From Mobula hypostoma (lineage: Eukaryota): 64,000 nt of DNA. Positions 63,045 to 64,000 of this stretch are shown one piece after another. Positions within the stretch are counted from its first letter, which is position 1, and every line of letters starts with the position of its first letter. Below the pieces are notes generated by a model, which saw only the letters and a program-made list of their open reading frames with translations, was not told the DNA's origin and did not search any database. The stretch covers positions 208,632,001-208,696,000 of the forward strand of contig NC_086097.1 in the NCBI RefSeq assembly GCF_963921235.1, read 5' to 3'. The translations under genes and the position numbers were made by a program.

Positions 63045-64000
63045 GTATGAGACGTGAATTAGCTAAGATAGACTGGCAAATGACACTTAAAAGGTTGACG
63101 CAACACACATCAAAGTTGCTGGAAGGTTGATGGTGGATATGCAATGGCAAGCATTTAAAGATCGCATGGATGATCTACAACAATCGTTCATCCCAGTTTG
63201 GCAAAAGAATAAATCAAGGAAGGTAGTGCACCCGTGGCTGACAAGGGAAATTAGGGATAGTATCAATTCCAAAGAAGAAGCATACAAATTAGCCAGAAAA
63301 AGTGGCTCACCTGAGGACTGGGAGAAATTCAGAGTTCAGCAGAGGAGGACAAAGGGCTTAATTAGGAAGGGGAAAAAAGATTATGAGAGAAAACTGGCAG
63401 GGAACATAAAAACTGACTGTAAAAGCTTTTATAGATATGTGAAAAGAAAAAGATTGGTTAAGACAAATGTAGGTCCCCTACAGACAGAAACAGGTGAATT
63501 GATTATGGGGAGCAAGGACATGGCAGACCAATTGAATAATTACTTTGGTTCTGTCTTCACTAAGGAGGACATAAATAATCTTCTGGAAATAGTAGGGGAC
63601 AGAGGGTCCAGTGAGATGGAGGAACTGAGTGAAATACATGTTAGTAGGGAAGTGGTGTTAGGTAAATTGAAGGGATTAAAGGCAGATAAATCCCCAGGGC
63701 CAGATGGTCTGCATCCCAGAGTGCTTAAGGAAGTAGCCCAAGAAATAGTGGATGCATTAGCGATAATATTTCAAAACTCTTTAGATTCTGGACTAGTTCC
63801 TGAGGATTGGAGGGTGGCTAATGTAACTCCACTTTTTAAAAAAGGAGGGAGAGAGAAACCAGGGAATTATAGACCGGTTAGCCTAACATCGGTGGTGGGG
63901 AAACTGCTAGAGTCAGTTATCAAAGATGTGATAACAGCACATTTGGAAAAAGGTGAAATCATCAGACAAAGTCAGCATGGATTTGTGAAAGGAAAATCAT
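63045..64000 (+). mobile_element. Young CR1 LINE; ORF2 frame open from 63127 to the window end
   Basis: PWLTREIR, KSFYRYVK, LNNYFGSVFT, KSPGPDGLHPRVLKE, WRVANVTPLFKKG, NYRPVSLTS and SQHGFVKGKS with no stop. Confidence 0.95.
63101..63122 (-). mobile_element. 22-bp PLE-terminus micro-insertion in CR1
   Basis: CAACACACATCAAAGTTGCTGG is identical to 58463-58484; flanked by AAGGTTGACG (63091-63100) and AAGGTTGATG (63123-63132). Confidence 0.88.

Overview
This is eukaryotic, AT-rich, repeat-dense DNA, most likely intronic or intergenic sequence from a cartilaginous fish (ray/shark-type repeat repertoire; this is inference). I found no recognisable host protein-coding exon, rRNA, tRNA or CRISPR array. 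The ORFs I could identify are fragments of decayed retroelements: CR1, Rex1/Babar-like, RTE and GIY-YIG Penelope-like elements (PLE). Also present are an IR/DR Tc1 transposon, two pogo/Tigger-like MITEs, two solo LTRs, V-SINE-like relics and a probable non-autonomous Helitron. The most notable system is the PLE family. It has two TSD-flanked insertions with inverted terminal arms plus a 33-36 bp tail, a minimal hammerhead ribozyme motif in the terminal repeat (one copy with intact core at 59804-59847), a fold-back mini-element, and 22-60 bp micro-insertions of the terminus with 10-17 bp TSDs. Also notable is a cryptic 23-aa STPR-like repeat frame, missed by the ORF track, inside the Helitron-like element at about 2.4-3.3 kb. 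Boundaries of old repeats are approximate. Family assignments come from motif recognition, not database searches.
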